A DNA stretch of 41,948 nucleotides from a virus. Its lineage: Duplodnaviria > Caudoviricetes. The position numbers were made by a program, and so were the translations under genes. The stretch covers positions 1 through 41,948 of the IMG/VR virus record IMGVR_UViG_3300032320_000899. The stretch is one strand, 5' to 3'. The notes beneath the pieces were generated by a model. The model made no database searches and was not told where the DNA came from. It saw nothing but the letters and a program-made list of their open reading frames with translations. This document shows, one piece after another, positions 18,645 through 26,614 of this stretch (its first letter is position 1; each line of letters opens with the position of its first letter).

Positions 18645-20675
18645 TTAAATAGAGGTAGTAACGGTGGCTCCACCGTCAATCTGACCAAGTTTAATAATTA
18701 CGAATTCAGCTGGGCGGAGCAACGCTACGCCTACCTCAACCCTAAGTTCTCCAGAAGCAATTACTTGTGCGGTGTTAATGGTTTCATCACACTTAACATA
18801 GAAAGCTTCGGCTTCAGTTGCGCCAAACAATCCACCATCATTCCAGAAGTCTGAAAGAATTCCTCTTACAGTTCCAGTTACGGTGTTCCACAATGTAGGG
18901 TTGTTAGGCTCAAATACTGCAAATGCAGTGGAGTTTTTAAGGGTGTTTGACAAGTAGTTCAAAGTACGACGGATTGGAACATACTTATCTGAGTACAAGC
19001 TGCTAAGAGTTCTAGCTCCCATTACGCAGATTCCTGAGCCTGGCACAAAACGAATAACGTTTAGGTTGCTTTGACTTCCGCTAATTAAATCAAACTCTGC
19101 GCTAGTTAACGCGGGTACAGAGACCGCTGAGCGGACCAATGCGTTTGAACCAGCAGGAGCCTTAAACACGCCTCTAGCTGCGTCTGTGGACGCGTACAGG
19201 GCAGCTACAGCGCCTCCAGGAGCAATAGACTTAGTAGCACCAGTTGTAGACGCTGGGTCAGCAATTACGATGTACGGGTAGTAAGCAGCACCATAATTTA
19301 AATTATTTGCGTAAGAACCAATGCCAGTGGTTGCATCCAGTACGCTAGCCACCGTAGTATTTGCAGCATCAACTACTACAAATGAATCTCCACGAGTTGC
19401 CGCGTAGCTTAACAATCCATTAATTGTTGCACTAGCACTAACAGCTGGGTAATTTATAATAAGCGGAGCAGAGACAGCGTCTAATCTAGCTAATGCCTGC
19501 GAAGTTAAATTAGGGGCAGTAGAACCGTCAGCGCCAGCAACCCCCGCAAGAGTAACAACAGTTGTACCTGTATTTCCAAGTTTTGCTGCAGAAAGAGTAG
19601 TTGTGTTAAAGTTTGCGGTATTCCAAACAAACGATCCGTCTGTAGTGCTAATATTTGCAGACGTAGTTGCAGTTCCCCAGTAACCAGTAAATGCTGGAAG
19701 GTCGTACCGCCCAGTAGTAGCCGCTGCATTATCTGAAACTGTAATCCAATTAGAATTGTTTCCAATAATATTTACAAAATAACGGGAATTTGCTGAATCC
19801 ATACTTAAACTAGTAAATTGTTCAACCCTGTTAGTTGGAGTAAGCTCGGTAGAAGAAAGCGCAGTGGTGCTGAAATAAACAGACAAGTTAAAGAAATTTT
19901 CAGTGCTGTCTGGCTCAATACCAACCCAAATAGATTTAGGGTCCGCGCCACTACCCGCCCAAACGCCGTGGTCTTTTGCTGTTGCGGTAAGCGTAGCTAC
20001 AGAGCTAGGTGCGCCACCACTAAGTGTTACGTTAGTGGTAGTACCAGAAGTCTGTGTTGCAGCTGCAACTGCAGTAGCGTTTACCCATACAACAGAAAAT
20101 CCCGCACCGCTTGATTCAATAGAAGAGACTACCCAAGGCTTGTTATTTAAGAAAGCGTAATTTGTAGCACTAACATTGCTAAAATTAACTAGTCTTCCTG
20201 GCTCAAAAGAAGCAAAAGGAGTACCACTAGTAGCAGTAATAGTTAGTTTATTCGAAGCAATATTTGTGGTTCCGTCAAAAGACCAGTTTACAGATTGTAC
20301 GGTCTGAGCGTTACTATTACGAAATACAGCAGTTGCTTTAGTAGCGTTTGTATTAACAGTGCGTAAGACATAAGCTTGCCCACCACCATTATCAAAAAAG
20401 GTTTTTACTGCGTACTTTAAGTCGTTTGAAGTTGTTGAAACATTAGCTCCGCTAAAAGTATTTACCACATTGTCAAAGCTAAATTGACGAGTAAAATCAG
20501 CAAAACTTGTGACCAAAGTAGGTACAGCAAGAACTGCACCACCTACAACTGTAGTTGGTCCACGGTCAGCAACTCCAATAAATGCAGCAACTGAAGGTGC
20601 TTCAGCTTGAACTACTGGCAAATTAGGCGTAAGAGTCTCTTCGACGTACACACCAGGCTTATTATAGGTAGCCAT
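18645..20675 (-). CDS. Tail sheath protein
   Basis: PGVYVEE, AAFIGVADRGP, FFDNGG, RGVFKAPAG, GARTL, YVPIRR, FEPNNPTLW, RPAEFVIIK. Confidence 0.96.
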   Translation of the reverse strand: MATYNKPGVYVEETLTPNLPVVQAEAPSVAAFIGVADRGPTTVVGGAVLAVPTLVTSFADFTRQFSFDNVVNTFSGANVSTTSNDLKYAVKTFFDNGGGQAYVLRTVNTNATKATAVFRNSNAQTVQSVNWSFDGTTNIASNKLTITATSGTPFASFEPGRLVNFSNVSATNYAFLNNKPWVVSSIESSGAGFSVVWVNATAVAAATQTSGTTTNVTLSGGAPSSVATLTATAKDHGVWAGSGADPKSIWVGIEPDSTENFFNLSVYFSTTALSSTELTPTNRVEQFTSLSMDSANSRYFVNIIGNNSNWITVSDNAAATTGRYDLPAFTGYWGTATTSANISTTDGSFVWNTANFNTTTLSAAKLGNTGTTVVTLAGVAGADGSTAPNLTSQALARLDAVSAPLIINYPAVSASATINGLLSYAATRGDSFVVVDAANTTVASVLDATTGIGSYANNLNYGAAYYPYIVIADPASTTGATKSIAPGGAVAALYASTDAARGVFKAPAGSNALVRSAVSVPALTSAEFDLISGSQSNLNVIRFVPGSGICVMGARTLSSLYSDKYVPIRRTLNYLSNTLKNSTAFAVFEPNNPTLWNTVTGTVRGILSDFWNDGGLFGATEAEAFYVKCDETINTAQVIASGELRVEVGVALLRPAEFVIIKLGQIDGGATVTTSI

Positions 20676-20705
20676 TATTTCTCCTTAAGAGGGTTAATTA
20701 AGTTT

Positions 20706-21341
20706 TTAAACCGTATATTTATCATCGGGGACCGTTGCTTCGACCCAACCACTTGAGTTTCTATTTATGCTTACAACTTCTACGTCTGGTATAGCGGTTG
20801 CTGCACCAGGTGGGGTCATTTCACTTACTACGCGAATTGTGTAAACGTTTCGCAAAAGCCGTTTATTTCCATTCTCTCCCGTAGCAGCGTCGGACTTTAC
20901 GACACCTTCTAGGAACATATGGCGATAAGCGGTTTCTGTAGCCAGATCATTAGGGACAGCTAGCCGACCTCTAAGACCTGGAAACTTTTGGTTTAACTGA
21001 AAAATTATAGCGCGATCATGCCTAGGATGGCGGGCATACGAGGTTACTTGGTAAATTAAATCGTAAGCTACAGGGATTTCGTATTCATAGAATTGCCCGT
21101 TTTGAGCGGCTACGGTACCTTGTCGGTCACTATCTATTATCCATCCAGAAGTTTGACGTTCTGGGGCTTGCCGTACGTTAAGCAAATCAATAGTAATAAA
21201 AGGATAAGTTTGAGTTCTAATTTCTACGTCTGGGTAACCAAACCAAACACCTACTGAACGATTATTGTTTTTTTCGTCAGATACGGTAATGCCCGATAGA
21301 TGGGTTTTTAAAGCAGCGTCCTCGGCTAAAACAAAAGTCAT
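20706..21341 (-). CDS. Tail terminator / sheath cap (Pvc16 / T4 gp15-like)
   Basis: YPFITIDLLNVRQAPER and PVAYDLIYQVT motifs; directly before sheath. Confidence 0.7.
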   Translation of the reverse strand: MTFVLAEDAALKTHLSGITVSDEKNNNRSVGVWFGYPDVEIRTQTYPFITIDLLNVRQAPERQTSGWIIDSDRQGTVAAQNGQFYEYEIPVAYDLIYQVTSYARHPRHDRAIIFQLNQKFPGLRGRLAVPNDLATETAYRHMFLEGVVKSDAATGENGNKRLLRNVYTIRVVSEMTPPGAATAIPDVEVVSINRNSSGWVEATVPDDKYTV

Positions 21342-21652
21342 TTGATCACCTTTGCCGAAGTAAAGAAGTCAGAGATTCCCTTATACACGGCCTTACTAAT
21401 ATCTTCTTTAGAGTCGTAAGAAAGGTCTCTTAGTACAGGTTTAGGAGGTTGGCGCTCAAATCCGTACTCTAAGTTAAAAGCTTGTTCTTTTAATTCTTCT
21501 GGAATTTGAATCTCTAAATCTTCAGAAACAACAATGCTATCAGCAACTTTTGGGTCCCAGCCCTTAGTCTTTGCTGCAGAACGCACGTTTTTAGTAAAGT
21601 CTGCTGCTAGGGTTTTTAAAGAGTTTTTAATAGATTCTTCGGCGGATGCCAT
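21338..21652 (-). CDS. HK97 gp10-like neck / tail-completion protein
   Basis: AFNLEYGFERQPPKPVLR resembles the LEYG....PP.P.LR motif; position before the terminator protein. Confidence 0.55.
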   Translation of the reverse strand: MASAEESIKNSLKTLAADFTKNVRSAAKTKGWDPKVADSIVVSEDLEIQIPEELKEQAFNLEYGFERQPPKPVLRDLSYDSKEDISKAVYKGISDFFTSAKVIK

Positions 21653-21777
21653 TATCCGTTCCGCCTCAAGTAATACCCAAAAAGAAATCCAGCTAACTGT
21701 CCTGCGTATGGATCAGAGAACAGAGCACCATGCAAAAAGTCATAGTTAGAAGGCTCTGACAGTCTATTGTTAGCCAT
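21652..21777 (-). CDS. 41-aa hypothetical protein (not in ORF track)
   Basis: MANNRLSEPSNYDFLHGALFSDPYAGQLAGFLFGYYLRRNG; AGGAG RBS; TAATG-coupled to the next gene. Confidence 0.7.
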   Translation of the reverse strand: MANNRLSEPSNYDFLHGALFSDPYAGQLAGFLFGYYLRRNG

Positions 21778-21851
21778 TTTTCAAAATCTCCTAGGAGGAG
21801 TAGCAGGGTATTAGCAAGAGTTCTTTTAGTTCCTGCAGTGGAACTATTACA

Positions 21852-21886
21852 AGGATAAATGAAAAAGCGGGCTTTCGCCCGCTAAA
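21852..21886 (-). promoter_or_regulatory. Putative late promoter TTTA-N25-TATCCT
   Basis: Same spacing as the motifs at 33161, 35670 and 38315. Confidence 0.5.
21862..21883 (-). terminator. Rho-independent terminator
   Basis: AGCGGGC-GAAA-GCCCGCT followed by TTTT. Confidence 0.8.
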
Positions 21887-21892
21887 TCAATC

Positions 21893-22147
21893 TTAGTTAT
21901 ACTCAACTTCTTTTGAGTTACAGGTCCTACACGGCCTTTTGTCCAAGTCTGGCTTAGGAAAAGTAGAGTCCGCTTTATGGTAAGACTGCATCTTATCTCT
22001 ACCGCAACCCCCGCAGGAAGCCTTTACATAGTCTTTACTGCAGCTATCATCTGCGCACTTGCCAAAGCTATTCCGCCTTTTACTACAAGACGGGCATTTG
22101 GAATTACGGTAGGGGTTGGTATCAAAGTACCCTTCAACGCCAGCCAT
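21893..22147 (-). CDS. 84-aa Cys-rich protein (8 Cys, double zinc-ribbon-like); likely start MAGVEG
   Basis: CPSC, CADDSC, CGGC, CRTC; ATG at 22147 just after the upstream stop. Confidence 0.7.
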   Translation of the reverse strand: MAGVEGYFDTNPYRNSKCPSCSKRRNSFGKCADDSCSKDYVKASCGGCGRDKMQSYHKADSTFPKPDLDKRPCRTCNSKEVEYN

Positions 22148-22149
22148 GA

Positions 22150-22485
22150 CTAAGAGGCGGAACCAGTCTGAACGTAAGAAGACAGCACAATACAAGAAAA
22201 TGTAATAGCAGGTGTAGTTGATGCCATTGCGTAGATAGCATCTCCACCATTTGCCCAAAATTGAATAACATTTGCTGGGCTAGTAGCCGCAGTTCCAACT
22301 ACTGCTGGAATTTTAATGCCGCCATCAGCACTACCAATAGCAGCTAGAGTGCTATCGCCAATAGTAATAGCCGCGCTAGTATCGCGGTTTTGCACAGTAA
22401 TGTATGACTGAGTAGCCCCTTTAGGAACTGTGTAAAGAAGCGTTGGGGTAGTTGCTACCGATACGCTAACGTGGTCAAGCGCCAT
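22150..22485 (-). CDS. Small beta-sandwich virion protein (putative)
   Basis: VSVATTPTLL..ITVQNRD..ITIGD...GDAIYAMA all-beta pattern; TAATG-coupled. Confidence 0.55.
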   Translation of the reverse strand: MALDHVSVSVATTPTLLYTVPKGATQSYITVQNRDTSAAITIGDSTLAAIGSADGGIKIPAVVGTAATSPANVIQFWANGGDAIYAMASTTPAITFSCIVLSSYVQTGSAS

Positions 22486-22697
22486 TACTTCTTACCCTTA
22501 ATCTTCTTGGCAAGAGCGTTGTCTTTTTTAGTGTCTTCCTTGCGGGACATAGGCTTCTTGTCCATCTTTTTATCTTCTTTTTCAAACTTAGCTTTTTGAG
22601 CTGGAGTCATGCCCTTCAGTGCTTTGGCATCTTGCTTCTTGTCCGCAGCCTTAGTTGGGCCACAAGCACACTTTCCCTTACCGCACTTTTTACACAT
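22485..22697 (-). CDS. Lys-rich mini-protein 3 (MCKKCGKGKCACG...)
   Basis: 70 aa, very basic, N-terminal Cys cluster, TAATG overlaps on both sides. Confidence 0.8.
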   Translation of the reverse strand: MCKKCGKGKCACGPTKAADKKQDAKALKGMTPAQKAKFEKEDKKMDKKPMSRKEDTKKDNALAKKIKGKK

Positions 22698-22813
22698 TAT
22701 TTCTTACCAGCTTTCTTAGTAGTAGTTTTTTTAGCAAATTTTTTATTAGCAGCGGCAAGAGTCTTCTGACCGTGCTTGTTCTTTGGGGCTCCACAGCCAC
22801 AGGTTGCACACAT
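22697..22813 (-). CDS. Lys-rich mini-protein 2 (38 aa; not in ORF track)
   Basis: MCATCGCGAPKNKHGQKTLAAANKKFAKKTTTKKAGKK; TAATG overlaps on both sides. Confidence 0.8.
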   Translation of the reverse strand: MCATCGCGAPKNKHGQKTLAAANKKFAKKTTTKKAGKK

Positions 22814-22983
22814 TACTTTTTCTTCTTCCGTAGTGCGGCTAGATCAGCAGCATCAATTTTCTTTGGGTCCCCAGCTTTTCCAGCAATTTTGCTTTGCTTT
22901 GGGGATAGCTTCTTTGATGCTCCCTTACCTTTGCCGTAGCCAGGTTCGCCTTTTTTCTTTCCACATCCACACGGTGCGCACAT
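22813..22983 (-). CDS. Lys-rich mini-protein 1 (56 aa; not in ORF track)
   Basis: MCAPCGCGKKKGEPGYGKGKGASKKLSPKQSKIAGKAGDPKKIDAADLAALRKKKK; RBS TAGGAG. Confidence 0.82.
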   Translation of the reverse strand: MCAPCGCGKKKGEPGYGKGKGASKKLSPKQSKIAGKAGDPKKIDAADLAALRKKKK

Positions 22984-22991
22984 AATAACTC

Positions 22992-23564
22992 CTAGTTTAC
23001 TTGATGCTCTTTAGAGCCTTTTTTAGTATTACATAAGCCATGGGCTGGTCTTATGTTTTCTAGGGTGTTTGACCCACCCTTAGCTATAGATACTAGATGG
23101 TCTAAGTGTAGCCCATTTTCCCAACCATCTTTGTTTGTACGGCGAGGAGAATTTAAATCAATAGGCTGTAAGCAAATATGGCAATTTAAACCGTAAGTCT
23201 CTAAAACCTGGGCTTCAGTGTATTTTTCATTTTCAACTAAATACATGCGAGCACGGCGCCTGTGTTCTTTTAAGCGTCCATATTCGGGGTTACGTTTGCC
23301 CCAAGAATTTTTAGTATTCCTGTTCTTATCGGGATTGGCTTCAATCCATGTTTTGCGATACTCATCCATTTTCTCTGGGTTAGCCTTACGCCAAGCAATA
23401 TGAAGTTCTTTTTCCCGTGTTTTGTTTTTTTGGTATTGATTTTTTCTATACTCACTTTTAGCTTTTTTACAAGCTTCACACGGTTCTTGATTACGTTTAC
23501 AGTGAACTACATAGCCAGATGCGGTACCGCAATTAATTGGCGTACTGTAAGAACTGGCTGTCAT
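22992..23564 (-). CDS. HNH endonuclease (probable free-standing homing endonuclease)
   Basis: CHIC...LHLDHLVSIAKGGSNTLENIRPAHGLCNTKKG; N-terminal CGT..GY..H.....PCEAC Zn finger. Confidence 0.92.
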   Translation of the reverse strand: MTASSYSTPINCGTASGYVVHCKRNQEPCEACKKAKSEYRKNQYQKNKTREKELHIAWRKANPEKMDEYRKTWIEANPDKNRNTKNSWGKRNPEYGRLKEHRRRARMYLVENEKYTEAQVLETYGLNCHICLQPIDLNSPRRTNKDGWENGLHLDHLVSIAKGGSNTLENIRPAHGLCNTKKGSKEHQVN

Positions 23565-24048
23565 TTACTAATTCCTCGGGCATAATTTGCCTACAGTCTA
23601 AAGATACTACAGTAAACTTCTCTAATACGATACCACGTAGCTGTGACAAAAGTGGTCGGTAAACCTGGTCTTGCCAGATAATACGATCACGATTTAATGG
23701 GTCAGGGTTGTTAAATACCGTAGGAAGTAACCTAGAAAGCTCAGACTTATCAATAGTAAGGTGTACGGAGTCAGCGTTGTAGAAACCTTCATGGCTATGC
23801 TCCACAGTTCCATGCTTAATAACTGCCCTAATAACAGGTAGGGTAACTGCGTCATACCATTGGCGGCCTACGCCAGCGCTACTGCCGACATCATAAATTG
23901 GGTCAACTACGGTAGCCGCAGAATTAAATCTGTACCACAAAACCTCAGTACCTACTGGGTTAGTTAGGTCTTTAGTAATGGCATCGTGGATTTCGGAATG
24001 CTCAAAATCGGTATCAAACCTACCGCCAGGTGTAAATGCTCTACTCAT
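23533..24048 (-). CDS. Head closure / neck protein
   Basis: Position between adaptor and tail terminator; DPIYDVG, EGFYNADSVHLTI, RDRIIWQDQVYR beta-barrel pattern. Confidence 0.6.
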   Translation of the reverse strand: MSRAFTPGGRFDTDFEHSEIHDAITKDLTNPVGTEVLWYRFNSAATVVDPIYDVGSSAGVGRQWYDAVTLPVIRAVIKHGTVEHSHEGFYNADSVHLTIDKSELSRLLPTVFNNPDPLNRDRIIWQDQVYRPLLSQLRGIVLEKFTVVSLDCRQIMPEELVNDSQFLQYAN

Positions 24049-24149
24049 TAAGGCCTCAAACTACTCTTATCTATATTAATACGCGCAGAAAATAAACACT
24101 CGCCATAGTCGGCGTGGTCTTGAGTTGGGCATCCTGTTCTACAAGCCAT
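24048..24149 (-). CDS. 33-aa Cys/His mini-protein (not in ORF track)
   Basis: MACRTGCPTQDHADYGECLFSARINIDKSSLRP; TAATG-coupled to head closure. Confidence 0.75.
   Translation of the reverse strand: MACRTGCPTQDHADYGECLFSARINIDKSSLRP
24131..24149 (-). repeat. Junction repeat copy 1 (ATGGCTTGTAGAACAGGAT), start of the intact MACRTG gene
   Basis: 18/19 identical to 25347-25365 and 15/19 to 27646-27664. Confidence 0.85.
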
Positions 24150-24150
24150 C

Positions 24151-24957
24151 TTATCCACCTACTGCTGAGCGTAGATATCTAACAATAACAATTCCAGAGC
24201 CACCAGAACTACGGCTACCGCCAGACCTTCCACCATTACCTGTGTTAGTTGTTCCACTTGCTTGAGTACCACTAGATGTACCGCCAACCGCAAAGGTGTT
24301 AGATACTAAGCCAATAGTGGTTCCAAAAGATAAAGTAATACCAGAACCGCCAGCACCGCCGCTACCTCTAGTACCTGTACCGCCTACACCGCCAGCACCG
24401 CCACCGCCACCGCCACCATATGGTAACCCCTGTGAGGAGCCAAAAGTGCCACTACCACCAAAATTTCCTTGATCAACAATTCTAGTGCCTCCTGATGATG
24501 AGGGAGAAAGTCTTGAAGCACCGCCGCCGCCGCCTGAAGCGCCAAATCCGCCAGGAACGGCGCTTCCACTACTAGAGGTGCCATTACCGCCAGAACCGCC
24601 ACCAGAAGCAGAAGCAGCACCAAATTCACTTGGGTTACCAGTAGTTGTAGAGCCACCACCTACAGTAATATTGGTAACAGAATTAGCAAGAGTTGTTGAG
24701 CCAGTTACATAACCGCCAGCACCGCCACCACCGCCATAATAGGTAATGCCGTTAAAAGTAGTTAAGAAACCTCCACCACCACCACCGCCAATAACATAAA
24801 AAGTAACGTCTAATGGGTCACCAGTAACAGTTAAGACATGGTTTCCAGTAGTAAAAAAGACATTGTAATAATAAGTTGCATCAGAACGTAAACTTCCACC
24901 AAGAACAGTAGGAAAAAGAGTAGCAAACTGTGATGCTGTTGTTCCAAGTACTCTCAT
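24151..24957 (-). CDS. Glycine-rich fibre tip / adhesin protein (likely start MRVLGTTASQ)
   Basis: VIGGGGGGG, GGGGAGGY and terminal GGSGIVIVRY motif; TAATG-coupled. Confidence 0.8.
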   Translation of the reverse strand: MRVLGTTASQFATLFPTVLGGSLRSDATYYYNVFFTTGNHVLTVTGDPLDVTFYVIGGGGGGGFLTTFNGITYYGGGGGAGGYVTGSTTLANSVTNITVGGGSTTTGNPSEFGAASASGGGSGGNGTSSSGSAVPGGFGASGGGGGASRLSPSSSGGTRIVDQGNFGGSGTFGSSQGLPYGGGGGGGAGGVGGTGTRGSGGAGGSGITLSFGTTIGLVSNTFAVGGTSSGTQASGTTNTGNGGRSGGSRSSGGSGIVIVRYLRSAVGG

Positions 24958-25340
24958 TAGGCCGCTAAATCTCCCACTAGTACCCAAGTATTGGCAGCAC
25001 GTTTAATTAGTGTGGCAGATGACCATTGTGTGCGTAGCCTTAGTCCAGGAGTTCCGTTTACTGTAGTAGTTCCAGCACTTACAGCAGCAATAGTAATAAC
25101 ACCAGTACCAATGTTTAGTAAGTTAATTTGGGTTCCAACAAGAAAATTAAAAGTGGCATCAGTAGGAACGCTGACAGTAAACGTACCATTTAATTGAAGT
25201 AGTTTACTCTGGTCACCGTCCGCTACCGTATACGAACCAATTTTAGCGGGGATAACTGTAAGAGTAGGGTCACCATTAGCTCCTTGAGAGCCAACTGCTA
25301 CCCATTGAGTACCATCCCAAACGTATGCTTGTTTAGCCAT
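24957..25340 (-). CDS. Fibre adaptor protein
   Basis: YVWDGTQW N-terminus; C-terminal LRTQWSSATLIKRAANTWVLVGDL paralogous to 28578-29432. Confidence 0.7.
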   Translation of the reverse strand: MAKQAYVWDGTQWVAVGSQGANGDPTLTVIPAKIGSYTVADGDQSKLLQLNGTFTVSVPTDATFNFLVGTQINLLNIGTGVITIAAVSAGTTTVNGTPGLRLRTQWSSATLIKRAANTWVLVGDLAA

Positions 25341-25346
25341 TATTGT

Positions 25347-25365
25347 ATCCTGTTCTACACGCCAT
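25347..25365 (-). repeat. Junction repeat copy 2; start of stub ORF MACRTGYNNG* (25333-25365)
   Basis: ATGGCGTGTAGAACAGGAT; its AGGA is placed as the RBS of the ATG at 25340. Confidence 0.85.
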
Positions 25366-25514
25366 TATATTTCCTCTGGTTCATTACCTTGGGCTAACCA
25401 TTCCAAATAAATAAAATACTCTGGGTTATCTTCATGTAGTGCAATCCAAGTGGTGTCATTTTTAATAATTGCAAATTGATTTTCAAATGTTGGATGTTGA
25501 ACTTTTTTATACAT
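25365..25514 (-). CDS. 49-aa tail-fibre assembly chaperone-like protein (not in ORF track)
   Basis: MYKKVQHPTFENQFAIIKNDTTWIALHEDNPEYFIYLEWLAQGNEPEEI; N..Y..YLEWLA.GNEP motif, typical after ELxLCQRYY fibres. Confidence 0.75.
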   Translation of the reverse strand: MYKKVQHPTFENQFAIIKNDTTWIALHEDNPEYFIYLEWLAQGNEPEEI

Positions 25515-26614
25515 TACAACTCAATCTCCGCTACATACCCAAAGTATAATCCACTGTTTGTTCCTGTAAATAAGACCGTTACTAAAGTTGAATAAGAAGT
25601 TTGAAAACTAGGTATTACGTTATGTGTTACAGTTCCACCAATGTCAAGAGTGCTACAACGACCAGCATTTCCTAAACCGTCAAATGGTGTAAAGTTTGGT
25701 GCAGCCCTCATGGTTGTGGGTAAAGAAGTAGATAGCCATTTTTGTGCGTTTGATGTTGTAAAACCATTTATCGTAGCGAAATCTGTTCGCTTATTTACGT
25801 AGTACCTTTGGCACAGTTCTAGTTCTAAACCAATAGGGCGGTTTTCAAATGGGGTAGCAGTTGAACCTAGTTCTAGTTGCACCCCTGTAATTTCAAACCA
25901 ATCATTAGCACCAGCAGTACCCACAGGGGTACTACTTAAAAGGAAAGCTAAAGAAGACATATTATTTGAAATTACTGCCGTATACGTAAATCTTTGCCAG
26001 GAAGTTGTAAGAGTGGCAGTGCTATTAAGATCGTTTGTTTGACTCGTCATACCTCCGCGCGGTGTTTCATCAACTCCTGTTCCTGTAACAACCCTAACAG
26101 CAAGTAGACCTGAGGCAGCAGAGTAATTAGCGCCCGCACGAGCGTAAAAAGAAACCGAAACAGTTTTTCCACGTAATTTCCAAGCATTACTAGTCTCTAC
26201 TCCCTGAACACAAACAACTGATGCAGTAGAGGTATCGCCAGAAACTCTTTGTACACGAAGAGCGTATCTAAAATCTAATGGAAGGTCTGCCGCAGTTGAT
26301 TGTTGGGACCAAGACGAACCTGTTATAAGGCCAGCGCGGTACACATTCCAACGATCTGCAGTGTATGCATGAGCAGCTCCAATAGCCGTAGGGCTTGCTG
26401 TAGTGGGAGCGCCACGCTGCCAAATATCCATGGCTCCGTTTATAAGTACGTTGCGGTTACCTGTTTGTACTGTGTTATCAAAGCTAACAATGTCTTGAGT
26501 AGAAACCCAAACATCACCAACCGATGGAGCAGTAGGGGCTGTAGCGGCGTAAGTAATGTTCTGGTCGCCAGCTTTTACTTCCCAGTTAGTTCCGTTGTAT
26601 CTTTTAACAGCCAT
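25514..26614 (-). CDS. Fibre protein with carbohydrate-binding-like domain
   Basis: RNVLINGAMDIWQRG..YTADRW...ITGVQLELGSTATPFENRPIGLELELCQRYY. Confidence 0.8.
   Translation of the reverse strand: MAVKRYNGTNWEVKAGDQNITYAATAPTAPSVGDVWVSTQDIVSFDNTVQTGNRNVLINGAMDIWQRGAPTTASPTAIGAAHAYTADRWNVYRAGLITGSSWSQQSTAADLPLDFRYALRVQRVSGDTSTASVVCVQGVETSNAWKLRGKTVSVSFYARAGANYSAASGLLAVRVVTGTGVDETPRGGMTSQTNDLNSTATLTTSWQRFTYTAVISNNMSSLAFLLSSTPVGTAGANDWFEITGVQLELGSTATPFENRPIGLELELCQRYYVNKRTDFATINGFTTSNAQKWLSTSLPTTMRAAPNFTPFDGLGNAGRCSTLDIGGTVTHNVIPSFQTSYSTLVTVLFTGTNSGLYFGYVAEIEL

Noticed and set aside
6517-21341. Stand-alone eCIS or tailocin locus
   Set aside because: Terminase, portal, capsid and replication genes are contiguous with it, so this is a phage
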